Shown here in pieces: positions 29,206 to 41,453 of a stretch of DNA of 64,000 bases; within the stretch, counting starts at the first letter, position 1, and each line of letters begins with the position of its first letter. The notes beneath the pieces were generated by a model that had not been told where the DNA came from, did not search any database, and saw nothing but the letters and a program-made list of their open reading frames with translations. Origin of the DNA: Candidatus Uhrbacteria bacterium. GTDB lineage: Bacteria; Patescibacteriota; Patescibacteriia; UBA9934; GWF2-40-263. The stretch spans positions 79,863-143,862 of the forward strand of contig JAERTI010000036.1 in NCBI GenBank assembly GCA_016844925.1, written 5' to 3'. The translations under genes and the position numbers were made by a program.

Positions 29206-29898
29206 ATGGAGACGGCAATCTGGGAGGAATTCGATATGGGCATGTCCAAGAGTGTGTGGGGTCGCGATGGCGGAACTCACGCCATGAGTCAGAGGTTCTT
29301 CAACGTCATGCTGTGCTTCTGGACGGCTGTCGGCATCGCTTCGAGCGCCGTCGCCGCGAGTGTCAGTCTGACCTGGACCCTGGGATGGGGTCTGCTGCTG
29401 GGCACCTTCGCGATCGCCGTGATCGGCATCTTGATCGCGCTGCGCAGCGACGAGCCGATCATCAGCCTGCTCGGCTACGCCATGGTCACCATCCCCTTCG
29501 GGCTGATGCTCGGACCGCTGGTGGGAGCAACGGCAACCGCCGTGGTCATCAAGGCGTTCTTCATCACCACCGCGATGGTGGTGGTGCTCGGCGTGATGGG
29601 GGCCCTGATCCCCAAGAGCCTCGAGAGCTGGGCCCCGTACCTGTTCGGTGGGCTCTGCCTGCTCATCCTCGGCCTGCTGTTTGTTCCTCTCGCGGCCGCC
29701 TTCGGTCTGCCGGTGGAGGGAGCGCTGACCTGGATGGACTGGGCCGGCATCGTGCTGTTCGGCTTCTACGTCATCTTCGATCTCAACCGCGCCCAGCGCG
29801 TACAGCGGACGCACGACAACGCCATCGACTGCGCTCTGGCGGTCTACCTGGACTTCGTGAACATCTTCATCCGAGTCCTGGCACTGAGCGACGACTAG
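29206..29898 (+). CDS. Bax inhibitor-1/YccA-family (TMBIM) membrane protein; GC-rich coding sequence
   Basis: 230 aa, seven TM helices, C-terminal charged motif typical of BI-1/UPF0005. GC-rich third codon positions. The antisense ORFs 29077-29814 and 29172-30182 are judged spurious. Confidence 0.7.
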   Translation: METAIWEEFDMGMSKSVWGRDGGTHAMSQRFFNVMLCFWTAVGIASSAVAASVSLTWTLGWGLLLGTFAIAVIGILIALRSDEPIISLLGYAMVTIPFGLMLGPLVGATATAVVIKAFFITTAMVVVLGVMGALIPKSLESWAPYLFGGLCLLILGLLFVPLAAAFGLPVEGALTWMDWAGIVLFGFYVIFDLNRAQRVQRTHDNAIDCALAVYLDFVNIFIRVLALSDD

Positions 29899-30638
29899 TC
29901 CCGCGCAAGACGCGCGCGGCGACGCACAGCCTTGAGCTGTGCTTTTTTCTTTGCGGGGATTTTTTCTGTGGCGTAGGAGAAGGTGATGGCACTGAGGTCT
30001 GTGAGGTGTTGTTCAATGAATGCGAGTGTTTCTTCTGGCCAGAGTTTGTACGCTTCGCGCAATTGCCAACCCACACCCTTGCGGATGTAGTCGTCCGTAT
30101 CCAGGATGAGAGGTTCGATGAGTTTGAGGACGGACTTGAGCGGTGGTGGTGTTCGGTTCTTGCTTGCGTAGTAGATCGTTGAGACAACAGATGCACGGCG
30201 CTTCCACGGAGCTTTCGATTTGTTCCATGTAAACAAGGTGGGCTCGACGAGCTTGGGGTACTTTTCGTACATAATCGAGTAGAGCAGACACAGAGCATCT
30301 GCATGCTCCCAGTTTTCAATGCGATCAACCCAGCCTTTCATGACCTTCCAGATCTTTGGATCAAGATTTGCTTTGTGTCGACGGTAATAAAAGAGAGGGA
30401 GGTACATGGCCTCATGGATATCGGTTGTCCGCCAGATGGTGTCCCAGGCAGCAAGGATGTCTTCCGTCGACTCATTATAAAAAGAGAATCCCTTGCTTTC
30501 GATCTCTTTCATGAGGGGGAGGCGGTGTCCGAGCACGATAAGCCCCGTCGTTTTTTCTCGGAAGGCCTTGTAGTCAGGGTCGTCTATCACGGTAGCTTTC
30601 AGAGCGCGCTCGACTTCGTTCAAATAATTGGTGTTCAT
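29895..30638 (-). CDS. DNA alkylation repair enzyme (AlkD/AlkC-like HEAT-repeat glycosylase)
   Basis: Starts at the internal ATG (MNTNYLNEVERALK) so as not to overlap tRNA-Gly. HEAT-like repeats with W/Y-rich helices typical of the AlkD family. Confidence 0.6.
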   Translation of the reverse strand: MNTNYLNEVERALKATVIDDPDYKAFREKTTGLIVLGHRLPLMKEIESKGFSFYNESTEDILAAWDTIWRTTDIHEAMYLPLFYYRRHKANLDPKIWKVMKGWVDRIENWEHADALCLLYSIMYEKYPKLVEPTLFTWNKSKAPWKRRASVVSTIYYASKNRTPPPLKSVLKLIEPLILDTDDYIRKGVGWQLREAYKLWPEETLAFIEQHLTDLSAITFSYATEKIPAKKKAQLKAVRRRARLARD

Positions 30639-30695
30639 ACGCCCTTGAGTATAGCAACAAAATAAAAGAACCCAGCTTGCGCTGAGTTCTTTTAC

Positions 30696-30771
30696 TGGAG
30701 CGGTAGACCAGATTCGAACTGGCGACCTCTTCCTTGGCAAGGAAGCGCTCTACCAACTGAGCTACTACCGC
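30696..30771 (-). tRNA. tRNA-Gly (GCC), 3' CCA encoded
   Basis: GCGGTAGTAGCTCAGTTGGTAGAGC... anticodon loop TTGCCAA; T-arm GCCAGTTCGAATCTGGT. Confidence 0.9.
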
Positions 30772-30858
30772 ATTCCATTGCGGTCAGGAGTGTATCAATT
30801 GCGCTTTTCTTTGACAAGAGATGCTACACTGAAGGCATTATTCCTAACAAAGAGTTGT

Positions 30859-31260
30859 ATGGAAATTGAGATTAATTACATTGCCGTGTTGGTGGCTGGT
30901 GTTGCCAATATGGTCCTAGGGGCTATTTGGTACGGTCCATTGTTTGGTAAGCAGTGGATGAGTCTTTCAGGGATGACAAAGGAGAAGATTGAGAAGGCAA
31001 AACCCAACATGAACAAGTTGTACGCCGCAGGGTTTCTCGTCTCACTAGTGATGGCCTATGTGCTTGCGTGGTTCGTGGGAGTGGCAGAATCTATGGATGC
31101 GGCACTCATGACGGGGTTCTGGATCTGGCTTGGGTTCATTGCGACGGTGACGGCAGGGAACGTCTTATGGAAAGGAGAGCCACGTCAGCTTTGGTTGTTG
31201 GATAACGGATATCGACTTTTGGCATTACTTGTCATGTCGGCCATCATATTTAGCATGTAG
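30859..31260 (+). CDS. DUF1761-family small membrane protein
   Basis: Starts MEIEINYIAVLVAGV; four TM helices; conserved AIWYGPLFGKQW motif. Confidence 0.5.
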   Translation: MEIEINYIAVLVAGVANMVLGAIWYGPLFGKQWMSLSGMTKEKIEKAKPNMNKLYAAGFLVSLVMAYVLAWFVGVAESMDAALMTGFWIWLGFIATVTAGNVLWKGEPRQLWLLDNGYRLLALLVMSAIIFSM

Positions 31261-31273
31261 TCGCTTCATGCAA

Positions 31274-31299
31274 ACACCCGGCTTGGCCGGGTGTTTTTG
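31274..31299 (+). terminator. Rho-independent terminator
   Basis: ACACCCGGC-ttgg-CCGGGTGT followed by TTTTTG. Confidence 0.8.
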
Positions 31300-31300
31300 T

Positions 31301-31642
31301 TTAACAAGATTCAAGAGTGCAGAGTCGGTCTTCGTGATTATCGACGCGTTCCAGGATACGGCGCCGTTGCCTGGTGGCCGCAGCAAACTCTTGGTTCATG
31401 GTGATTTCGACGCGAGGAACTCGGTCGGCATTTTCTGTGGCTCGATGATTGAGTTCTGAGATGGCTTGAGCGTTTCGGTCGATGCGTTTATTCGTATCGC
31501 CAAAGCCCAGTTTTGTGATCAAGATAAGGTCTTGGATTTGTTGTTCGGTAGATTCGAATTTTTGATCAATTGATTCAAACCGAGAATCCAGAATAGTTGC
31601 CATCTCTTCTATGAATTCTTTTTTGAATGTTTCATTCGTCAT
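31301..31642 (-). CDS. Hypothetical small coiled-coil protein (start uncertain)
   Basis: Track ORF 31301-31774; the internal ATG at 31642 gives a 113-aa product. Region is AT-richer than its neighbours. Confidence 0.3.
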   Translation of the reverse strand: MTNETFKKEFIEEMATILDSRFESIDQKFESTEQQIQDLILITKLGFGDTNKRIDRNAQAISELNHRATENADRVPRVEITMNQEFAAATRQRRRILERVDNHEDRLCTLESC

Positions 31643-31716
31643 AACTATGTCAATTATATTAGGGGAGATGGGGCTCGGTAGCCTGTTACCGAGCCCAATG
31701 ACATCAACCGTGCATA

Positions 31717-31938
31717 TTATAAGTGGCTTACAACACGCTCTGATTGATTCTTGCGTGCTTGAGCAAATGCCCATCCAGCTCCTGCGCGATTCCCCGTTTT
31801 GTATTGCTCTCGCGCGATGGTGACCACAAAGTTTCTGAAGGCGTTTCGTTGTGTTTCATCGAGTCCAAACTGCTCGGCAAGCATGTTGATTTTATCTTGA
31901 AGAGCTTGGAACCAATTGTTCTTTTTTTCTTCTGACAT
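31717..31938 (-). CDS. Hypothetical 73-aa protein
   Basis: Track ORF only; no RBS; overlaps both neighbouring small ORFs. Confidence 0.25.
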   Translation of the reverse strand: MSEEKKNNWFQALQDKINMLAEQFGLDETQRNAFRNFVVTIAREQYKTGNRAGAGWAFAQARKNQSERVVSHL

Positions 31939-32068
31939 ATTGTTGTGTGATTAATTCTGTGACGTATTCTCCCAAGAGCGTACTGACGGCCTCGGATACC
32001 CCATAGGCATAGGCTTGTCGCTCTACGCAGCGTCTCACGTCCGCCACGGTTAGGCGTGCTCGGGACAT
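31892..32068 (-). CDS. Hypothetical 58-aa protein with a possible histone-fold-like helix-loop-helix
   Basis: The ATG lies 1 nt after the stop of the large upstream gene. The sequence LTVADVRRCVERQAYAYGVSEAVSTLLGEYVTELI loosely matches the alpha1-L1-alpha2 pattern of archaeal or bacterial histone folds but lacks the RKT/D motif. Confidence 0.2.
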   Translation of the reverse strand: MSRARLTVADVRRCVERQAYAYGVSEAVSTLLGEYVTELITQQYVRRKKEQLVPSSSR

Positions 32069-32069
32069 A

Positions 32070-34943
32070 CTAAGCCGCCGCACGCTCCCGTCGTCTTGGG
32101 AGTTTGCGCATGAGTGCTAGCGCAGCGAGCAGGGTGGCAACAACAAGAACAATGGTCATTCCCATGCGGGACTGCTGCTGATTAAGAAGGGCCTTGCCAT
32201 CTTGTGAAGTGCTAGCAAAGGCGACCGCCGCAGATTCTTCGATATGGATATCGGTCTCTGCTCGAGGGCGCAGACGTAGCTCTCCGTTGTAGCTCGTGAG
32301 AATGCCGGTAACCGTGAGTAGGTCTCCTCGTTCGAATTGGTTTGCATCGATAAGCGGATCGGATTTGAGGTAGATGGTCACGCGGTCCGGACCATCTTCA
32401 AGAACAAGCTTTGTTGAACTACGAGAGAGAATCTGTCCGCTTGTCTTGATGAGGAGACCTACAAGGGCCTCGTCGAACGCTTTGGCATCGTGCTGTGCTG
32501 GCATGGCTTGTGTGAGGTCACCTGTTGGGACGATATCTGTCGCATTGGTCACCTTCACACGCCGCTCTCCATAGGCGGTGCTCATGACACCTTCGATGCG
32601 TACTCGTGTATTCGTGTCGAGTTCTGGAAAGGTGGCGGCGTAGAAATATACTTGAACGCCGGCGCTCTCATCCTGGAGGTACATCACCTGGCGCCCGAAT
32701 GTTCCAGGGCTTGCGGTGACATAGCCTTCGACGCGTACACGTGTGTCATCAGGTTGAACTTTGGCCTGTTCAATGGAGAAGAAACTAACGTAGCTGGCTG
32801 CGGAAATGGATTGCGTGTTTGAGCTGGTGTTGGTCGTGGAAGAAGTTGTGCTGGAGCTCGTTGTCGTGCCTTGGGTCGATGCTACTTCTTTTGTTGTAAC
32901 AGCCTCATTTGTTTCGACGGCACTCTTCTTTGTTGAAGTATCTGTCGTCGACCAGCTCCAGTACGCGCCATCTCTATCGTATGTTCCCCCTCGAGGGGCA
33001 CTGCCATAGGTCACCATGTCGATCACATCGCCCTCTGGTGTAATCAGCTCCAGTGTGTCGCCGCTGTTGTTTAGAGAAAGATCGCTCTGCGGGCGATCCA
33101 CGCGGAGGGTGCTTCCTCCAGCAATCTTGAGAGAGCTGGAGAAGGTGTATCGGTCTGTAGAACCATCTTCGATGCTCCAGCCCTTGAGATCGATGCTCTC
33201 AAGGCCAGTGTTTGCAATTTCAATATATTCCTCCTGTGCGTCTGCTCCTGATGTGTTTGGGTAAAGCGAAGTGAATTCAAGGGTGACGGCGCCGGAGTAG
33301 GTAGTTTCATCTATTTCTGAGCCCTCTTGTTCTGGCGTAGATTCCTCATCTGAGGAATCTGGCGCCGTGTCTGTGTACTCTGTTGAGCTCGTGTAAGTCT
33401 CCTCTTCCTCGACAACCTCTTCTTGAGAAGTTTCCGCTTCATTTGCATCGATGGGCTCCTCGGGTTCGTCCTCCACGACTTCCGATTCTGTCTCAGCGCT
33501 CGTCTCACTTGCATCTGAGATGACATTTGGTCCGCCGGGCGTAGTGGTGTTGGTGAGAGTGAAGGAACCGCCGCTGTCACGCGCGAGACTGTCACCATCT
33601 TTTGGTGCGGGAAGATCTTCGCCCCCGTAGGTGATTGAGTCGATGACGGTTCTGGCTGCGTCGAGAAGTAAAATGGTGTCGGTATCGTTGTTGAGCTTTC
33701 CCCTCGGCCCCTCAACGACGATGTAGCTTCCGCTGGCAACAACGACAGGCTCAAGCTCGGTGGCTCGACCTGTGGCATCTTCAACCGTCCAGCCGGTGGT
33801 ATCGATGCTTTCGGTGGCGCGGTTCACAATCTCGATCCACTCTTCTCCCTCGTTTGGATCAACAACGAACTCGTTGATTTGCATAACACCAGGAGCGTAA
33901 GCGATGGTCGTGGTGGGTACATCTTCCTCGGGTTCGGAAGATGTCTCAGATGGTGTGTTCTCCTTTGAAGATTCATCTTGCAGATGCTCGTTTGATCCCT
34001 CGAGGGATTCAGTTTCATTTGCTTCTGCCTCCTCGGAAACCTCTTGAGGGTCGTTATTTTTCTCTGATGTTGTTTCTGGGTCAGTAACAGATTCCTCTTC
34101 GATAATTTCTTGTGTCTCCTCTATTTCGGCAGGCACAGAAGATGTTTCGCCAGAATTTTCAGTGTCCTCAGGAAGTGATTCTTCTGTATCTTGCGGAGTC
34201 TCTTCCGTTGCCTCTTGAGTTTCGTTGCCTGAAATTTCTTCTTCGAGCGCTTCTTCTGTTTCCCCCTCAAGGACCTCTTCCTCGTTTATTTCTTCAGATT
34301 CCTTTTCTGTCTCTGGAATAAACCATTCCTCGACGGCACCTGGTGTGCCCATGTCCTCAATATTCTGTTTAAAACCTGAGGCTGTCTGGGCATCGCTCCA
34401 AGCGGCTTCATCTGATCCGCTCAGCGTTTCATCGACTCGAGCCATGGATCGGTATCGTCCGTCATCAGTATCCGCAGCGCTGCCAGATCTTCCGGCGAAA
34501 GCTGATCCATCTCCTCCTGCCACATCGATGAGGGAACCGTCATGGTCATAGAGAGTTGCACGGAATCCGTCATTTGGCAGTGACAGGGTGGCGGTGATGA
34601 AGTTGGGTTCGACGCTGAGGGCCGAGTTGTCGTGGGAAGAATCATAGTTGGCGATAAGAAAGGTTGAGTAAGGTTCGATGACGGTGTCATCAGGCACGAC
34701 AAGGTCTTTCCCCGAACTGCCGGCTCCCGTGATAGTCCAGTTGGATAGATCGATGGGTGTGTCGGTCAGGTTTGTAAGCTCGATCCATTCATCAGAACTT
34801 GATTGACTCGAACCAGCCCAGGCAATCTCAGAAAAGATGACGGTGGGTGTTTGTGCGAAGGTCTTAATCGGTACAGCGACAAGCGATGCAAGAACGATCA
34901 TGGCAATCCACACTTTGTTGAATAGCAACATACGTTGGGTCAT
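32070..34943 (-). CDS. Large acidic surface-anchored protein (957 aa) with three lamin-tail-domain (LTD) repeats, an OB-fold-like domain and a C-terminal TM anchor
   Basis: Signal peptide. The LTD signature xEIAWAGS...DEWIELTN occurs three times. Long Glu/Ser/Thr-rich linkers. C-terminal hydrophobic helix plus RRRER. Confidence 0.6.
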   Translation of the reverse strand: MTQRMLLFNKVWIAMIVLASLVAVPIKTFAQTPTVIFSEIAWAGSSQSSSDEWIELTNLTDTPIDLSNWTITGAGSSGKDLVVPDDTVIEPYSTFLIANYDSSHDNSALSVEPNFITATLSLPNDGFRATLYDHDGSLIDVAGGDGSAFAGRSGSAADTDDGRYRSMARVDETLSGSDEAAWSDAQTASGFKQNIEDMGTPGAVEEWFIPETEKESEEINEEEVLEGETEEALEEEISGNETQEATEETPQDTEESLPEDTENSGETSSVPAEIEETQEIIEEESVTDPETTSEKNNDPQEVSEEAEANETESLEGSNEHLQDESSKENTPSETSSEPEEDVPTTTIAYAPGVMQINEFVVDPNEGEEWIEIVNRATESIDTTGWTVEDATGRATELEPVVVASGSYIVVEGPRGKLNNDTDTILLLDAARTVIDSITYGGEDLPAPKDGDSLARDSGGSFTLTNTTTPGGPNVISDASETSAETESEVVEDEPEEPIDANEAETSQEEVVEEEETYTSSTEYTDTAPDSSDEESTPEQEGSEIDETTYSGAVTLEFTSLYPNTSGADAQEEYIEIANTGLESIDLKGWSIEDGSTDRYTFSSSLKIAGGSTLRVDRPQSDLSLNNSGDTLELITPEGDVIDMVTYGSAPRGGTYDRDGAYWSWSTTDTSTKKSAVETNEAVTTKEVASTQGTTTSSSTTSSTTNTSSNTQSISAASYVSFFSIEQAKVQPDDTRVRVEGYVTASPGTFGRQVMYLQDESAGVQVYFYAATFPELDTNTRVRIEGVMSTAYGERRVKVTNATDIVPTGDLTQAMPAQHDAKAFDEALVGLLIKTSGQILSRSSTKLVLEDGPDRVTIYLKSDPLIDANQFERGDLLTVTGILTSYNGELRLRPRAETDIHIEESAAVAFASTSQDGKALLNQQQSRMGMTIVLVVATLLAALALMRKLPRRRERAAA

Positions 34944-35091
34944 AAATTGTAAGGAGCCGTTGCAACGACGGAAGAAAAAAAGATCCCCCTTAGAGCGATA
35001 CCTGGAGTGGCATCGTACGTAAGGGGGATCTTAATTCTTGTACATTCATGACATCACGATTTTGGGCCCGTGTCAATGGATTGTATGTGGA

Positions 35092-35670
35092 TTACTCGTC
35101 GTTCATTACCTGTTCTACTGGGCTTGTCGTTGCATCTGCATCTATTTCAGACATGTCTTGACCTTGCATGTTCATCGACAATTCTGTGACAGTGATTTTT
35201 TGACTTGCTCCAATAGGCTTTCCATTTTGAACGAGCTCAAAATGATTGTTTGTCGAAAGTGTTACCTCAACGTCATGTTCACCAGGTTGGAGTTTTCCTA
35301 GGTGATACCAATTGCCATACACCCGGTTGATTTTTTTACCGTCGAGGTAGATGTGGGCGTGGCCTTGTCCTTCAACGTGTTCCGCGCCGGCCTGATCTGG
35401 GGCAAGGACAAAGTTTTCGAAGGTCATATGCGCGTTCCACGCTTTATCAGGTCCTTGAATAACTTCAAGGGTGACGGTGGGCAACGGTTGCTCATTGGAA
35501 ACTTCAATCGTCTCGTGAATATGTGAAGTGGATTTCGTTCCTTTTTCATCGAGCGTTGGTTTAGTTGGTGCCCCAGACGGGATAGCGATTCCGGTCCCAA
35601 GACCAATAACCAGCGTTAGAAGGCTTGTGAGCAGGACATGTGAGAGAGTAAGTGGAGCGCGTTTCTTCAT
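35092..35670 (-). CDS. Hypothetical secreted protein (His-rich motif GQGHAHIYLDGKK)
   Basis: 192 aa with signal peptide; no confident family. Confidence 0.4.
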   Translation of the reverse strand: MKKRAPLTLSHVLLTSLLTLVIGLGTGIAIPSGAPTKPTLDEKGTKSTSHIHETIEVSNEQPLPTVTLEVIQGPDKAWNAHMTFENFVLAPDQAGAEHVEGQGHAHIYLDGKKINRVYGNWYHLGKLQPGEHDVEVTLSTNNHFELVQNGKPIGASQKITVTELSMNMQGQDMSEIDADATTSPVEQVMNDE

Positions 35671-35694
35671 ACGGCAACTTGTTCAAAAAAGTTT

Positions 35695-35778
35695 GGTGGG
35701 CGAGGAGGGACTCGAACCCTCACGCCTTGCGGCACTAGCTCCTAAGGCTAGCGTGTCTACCAATTCCACCACCCGCCC
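35695..35778 (-). tRNA. tRNA-Leu (TAG), long variable arm, 3' CCA encoded
   Basis: GGGCGGGTGGTGGAATTGGTAGACAC... anticodon loop CTTAGGA; T-arm GAGGGTTCGAGTCCCTC. Confidence 0.85.
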
Positions 35779-35857
35779 ATCAATCTTTTTCGAAGTAACT
35801 AAGCGCCACGATCATACTCGACAAAAGCCGTCTCATCAAGTATCGTCGCGTTAACTT

Positions 35858-36466
35858 ATGAGAGTCATACTCGTACACGGTTTCAACGCCAATCCACAAC
35901 AGAACTTTCACCCCTGGCTCGCGCAACAGCTTCGCGATAAGGGATTTGAGGTGGTGACACCAGAGCTTCCACTTTCAACCAAGGACGAGCTGGACCTTCC
36001 GCAGATTGTTGAGCGAATGAAGGACCAGGTCGGCTTTTTGAAATCGGATGACATCATTCTTGGGCATTCACTCGGGGCGTTTATCATCCTACAGTATCTG
36101 GAAGCGGTTGAAATGACCGAGACACCGCGTGCTGTTATTTTGGTCGGAGCACCGTGGAAAGTTTCAAAGCCGGAATTACGTCGTTTGTTTATCGCTGATT
36201 TGGACGCTGAAGTTCTCATGTGGAAGGCGCGTGAATACGTTGTCATTCATTCCCGTGATGATAAGCTTGTGCCATTCTCCCATGGAGAACTCATGGCAAA
36301 ACAGCTGAAGGCTCGCCTTGTGGCATCAGAAAATGATGGTCACTTTATGAATGAGGAGTACCCCGTGCTGCTCGAGACGATTCAGAAGATCGCCGATACA
36401 CCGTTTGAATATGAGCCAGGCATGAGCCTTGAGGATGATTATAAGGATATTGAAACACTTCTATGA
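35858..36466 (+). CDS. Alpha/beta-fold serine hydrolase (YdeN/RBBP9-like)
   Basis: VILVHGF...GHSLGAF nucleophile elbow; about 200 aa. Confidence 0.6.
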   Translation: MRVILVHGFNANPQQNFHPWLAQQLRDKGFEVVTPELPLSTKDELDLPQIVERMKDQVGFLKSDDIILGHSLGAFIILQYLEAVEMTETPRAVILVGAPWKVSKPELRRLFIADLDAEVLMWKAREYVVIHSRDDKLVPFSHGELMAKQLKARLVASENDGHFMNEEYPVLLETIQKIADTPFEYEPGMSLEDDYKDIETLL

Positions 36467-37074
36467 AGAAGCATTACGTCTTTGATTTTGATGGGACACT
36501 GTTTGATGTGCAGTCACTTTGGGAGTGTTGGCTTGATGAGCTTGAGGCTTGTCAGATCGATAGGGAGGATGCTCGTGATCGTGGGAGTCAGTTATTTGAA
36601 ACAGGATTTACTCCACGTGAACATGCGGAGCAGATGGGTATAGAAGGAGCGGAGCTTGATGAGCTTATTGGTCGTTTTGAGGAGTATACCCAAGCCGAGG
36701 CCCTTACCATGCTCTATGATGACGTTGTGCCTTTTCTTCAAGAACAAAAAGCAGATTTTACCGTTTTAACGTTTGGGGATCATGAGTATCAGCATTTTAA
36801 ATTGGAGGCCGCTGGACTTGATGAGCACATTCAAGATATTCGTATCGCTCGACCAGAGCGTCGCAAACATGTTCAGTTAAAGGAGTTGTGTGCCGCAACA
36901 GACGCAGAAGTGATATTTATCGATGACAATCCCAGGGAACTTTCTGCCGCTCTGGGTGAAGACCTTCCTATTACACTTGTGCGGATGATGCGTGCTGGCT
37001 CCAAGCATGGGGACACACATCCAAATGATGGCGAGCATTGGCAGACCATTACCTCTCTTACTGAGATTGAATAA
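36463..37074 (+). CDS. HAD-superfamily hydrolase
   Basis: Motif I FDFDGTLFD at the N-terminus; motif IV IFIDDN. Confidence 0.65.
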   Translation: MKKHYVFDFDGTLFDVQSLWECWLDELEACQIDREDARDRGSQLFETGFTPREHAEQMGIEGAELDELIGRFEEYTQAEALTMLYDDVVPFLQEQKADFTVLTFGDHEYQHFKLEAAGLDEHIQDIRIARPERRKHVQLKELCAATDAEVIFIDDNPRELSAALGEDLPITLVRMMRAGSKHGDTHPNDGEHWQTITSLTEIE

Positions 37075-37091
37075 ACGCCCGAAAGGGCGTT

Positions 37092-37565
37092 TTAGTAATG
37101 GTACGTTTTTCCTGCAAGGATGGTGCTTGCTCGGTAGAGTTGTTCCAGAAGCATGACGGAGACATATTCATGGGGGAAGGTCATGGGTGAGAGGGAGAGG
37201 GTGTGATCCGCTTCGTTCATGAGGGTGCGATCGATACCTAGGGCGCTTCCGATAACAAAAGTTAGGTGTCGTTGACCGTGCTCGCTCCATTTGGTGAGTG
37301 ACTCAGAGAATTCGACTGAGGAAGTCGTTTTGCCATGTTCAGATAGAATGATCTTTAGAGAGGCTTTATTCCACGCAGATCTGATTTGCTTAGCCTCTTC
37401 TAGAAAAACCCGCTCTCGATCGGCGGTGTTTTTGAATCGAACAGGTTTCAATTCTTTTATTTCAAACTTTGCAAACAGTCCGATGCGCTTCAAAAGTTCC
37501 TTTTCTATCGATTGAAGCCCAGGCTCCTTAATGGACCCCATTCGGATGATGGTAATTGATAGCAT
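37092..37565 (-). CDS. rlmH: 23S rRNA (pseudouridine1915-N3)-methyltransferase RlmH (SPOUT)
   Basis: 157 aa; C-terminal HEYVSVMLLEQLYRASTIL matches the RlmH signature. Confidence 0.8.
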   Translation of the reverse strand: MLSITIIRMGSIKEPGLQSIEKELLKRIGLFAKFEIKELKPVRFKNTADRERVFLEEAKQIRSAWNKASLKIILSEHGKTTSSVEFSESLTKWSEHGQRHLTFVIGSALGIDRTLMNEADHTLSLSPMTFPHEYVSVMLLEQLYRASTILAGKTYHY

Positions 37566-37634
37566 ATTTTTTTAGCCTAACAGAGGCATTTTTTTTTGCC
37601 CACAGGATCTGTGGACTCCTTGTGGGAACATCTC

Positions 37635-37663
37635 TTGACAGGTATTCAGGTCTCGACTACACT
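37635..37663 (+). promoter_or_regulatory. Candidate rRNA promoter: TTGACA, 17 nt spacer, TACACT
   Basis: Consensus -35 about 290 nt upstream of the mature 23S 5' end. Confidence 0.4.
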
Positions 37664-37929
37664 TCCCCTGTCATTTGTGGATATTCACTTCCTTTTTTGT
37701 CCCGAGGATCGCTGAGATTGATTTCTTGAGGGATGGAGGAAAGGAACCGGATAGAACACAGGTTGAACAGATGACCACAATCGAACCAGAGCGATCCCTG
37801 AAGTATTTTGGATCGTTGCTGCTGTAGCGATTTTTAAAATGATCATTACAACTGAATAGGGTAGAAGAGAAACAAACACTTCTGATGGCGTTCATCACTG
37901 TACGCCGTTAGATATCATCTAACACAGAA

Positions 37930-41055
<3,126 letters not shown>

Positions 41056-41133
41056 ACCACTTCTGCGTTTGATTGAGTCTGATCAAACCAGTTTCTCTTC
41101 TACAATAAAACAACGAAAGAAAGAATCTTTTGT

Positions 41134-41243
41134 CTTGGTGCTCCTTCCAGAGAGGTCACACCCGTTCCCATCCCGAACACGGTAGTTAAGCTCTCTAGGG
41201 CCGATGGTAGTGCGTTCGCGCGAGAGTAGGTAGGCGCCAGGAC
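41134..41243 (+). rRNA. rrf: 5S ribosomal RNA
   Basis: CTTGGTGCTCCTTCCAGAGAGGTCACACCCGTTCCCATCCCGAACACGGTAGTTAAGCTCTCTAGGGCCGATGGTAGTGCG...GGCGCCAGGAC. Confidence 0.9.
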
Positions 41244-41453
41244 AAAGGATTTTTTTGTTACAATTGTTTTTGTATGATCAATAAAAAACAAGATTGTTTT
41301 CTTTGTAAGATTTTCCTCTGGGCATTTATTTTTGCCCTCGGAGCTGTTGTGGGGGCTGTTGGAACGGTTTTGATAATAGGTGGATTTTGATCACGGCCAG
41401 ATCCACATGTCAACGTTGCTTTTTTCAGCACCGTTGATACGATACTTCACGCT

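Noticed and set aside
29077-30182. Long ORFs (245 and 336 aa) overlapping the BI-1 gene in other frames or on the other strand
   Set aside because: GC-rich antisense or out-of-frame artefacts with Arg/His/Gly-rich translations.
41244-41453. Possible tRNA or ncRNA in the T-rich spacer after 5S
   Set aside because: No cloverleaf or T-loop (GTTCGA) signature. It looks like a terminator and promoter spacer for the downstream nucleotidyltransferase gene.
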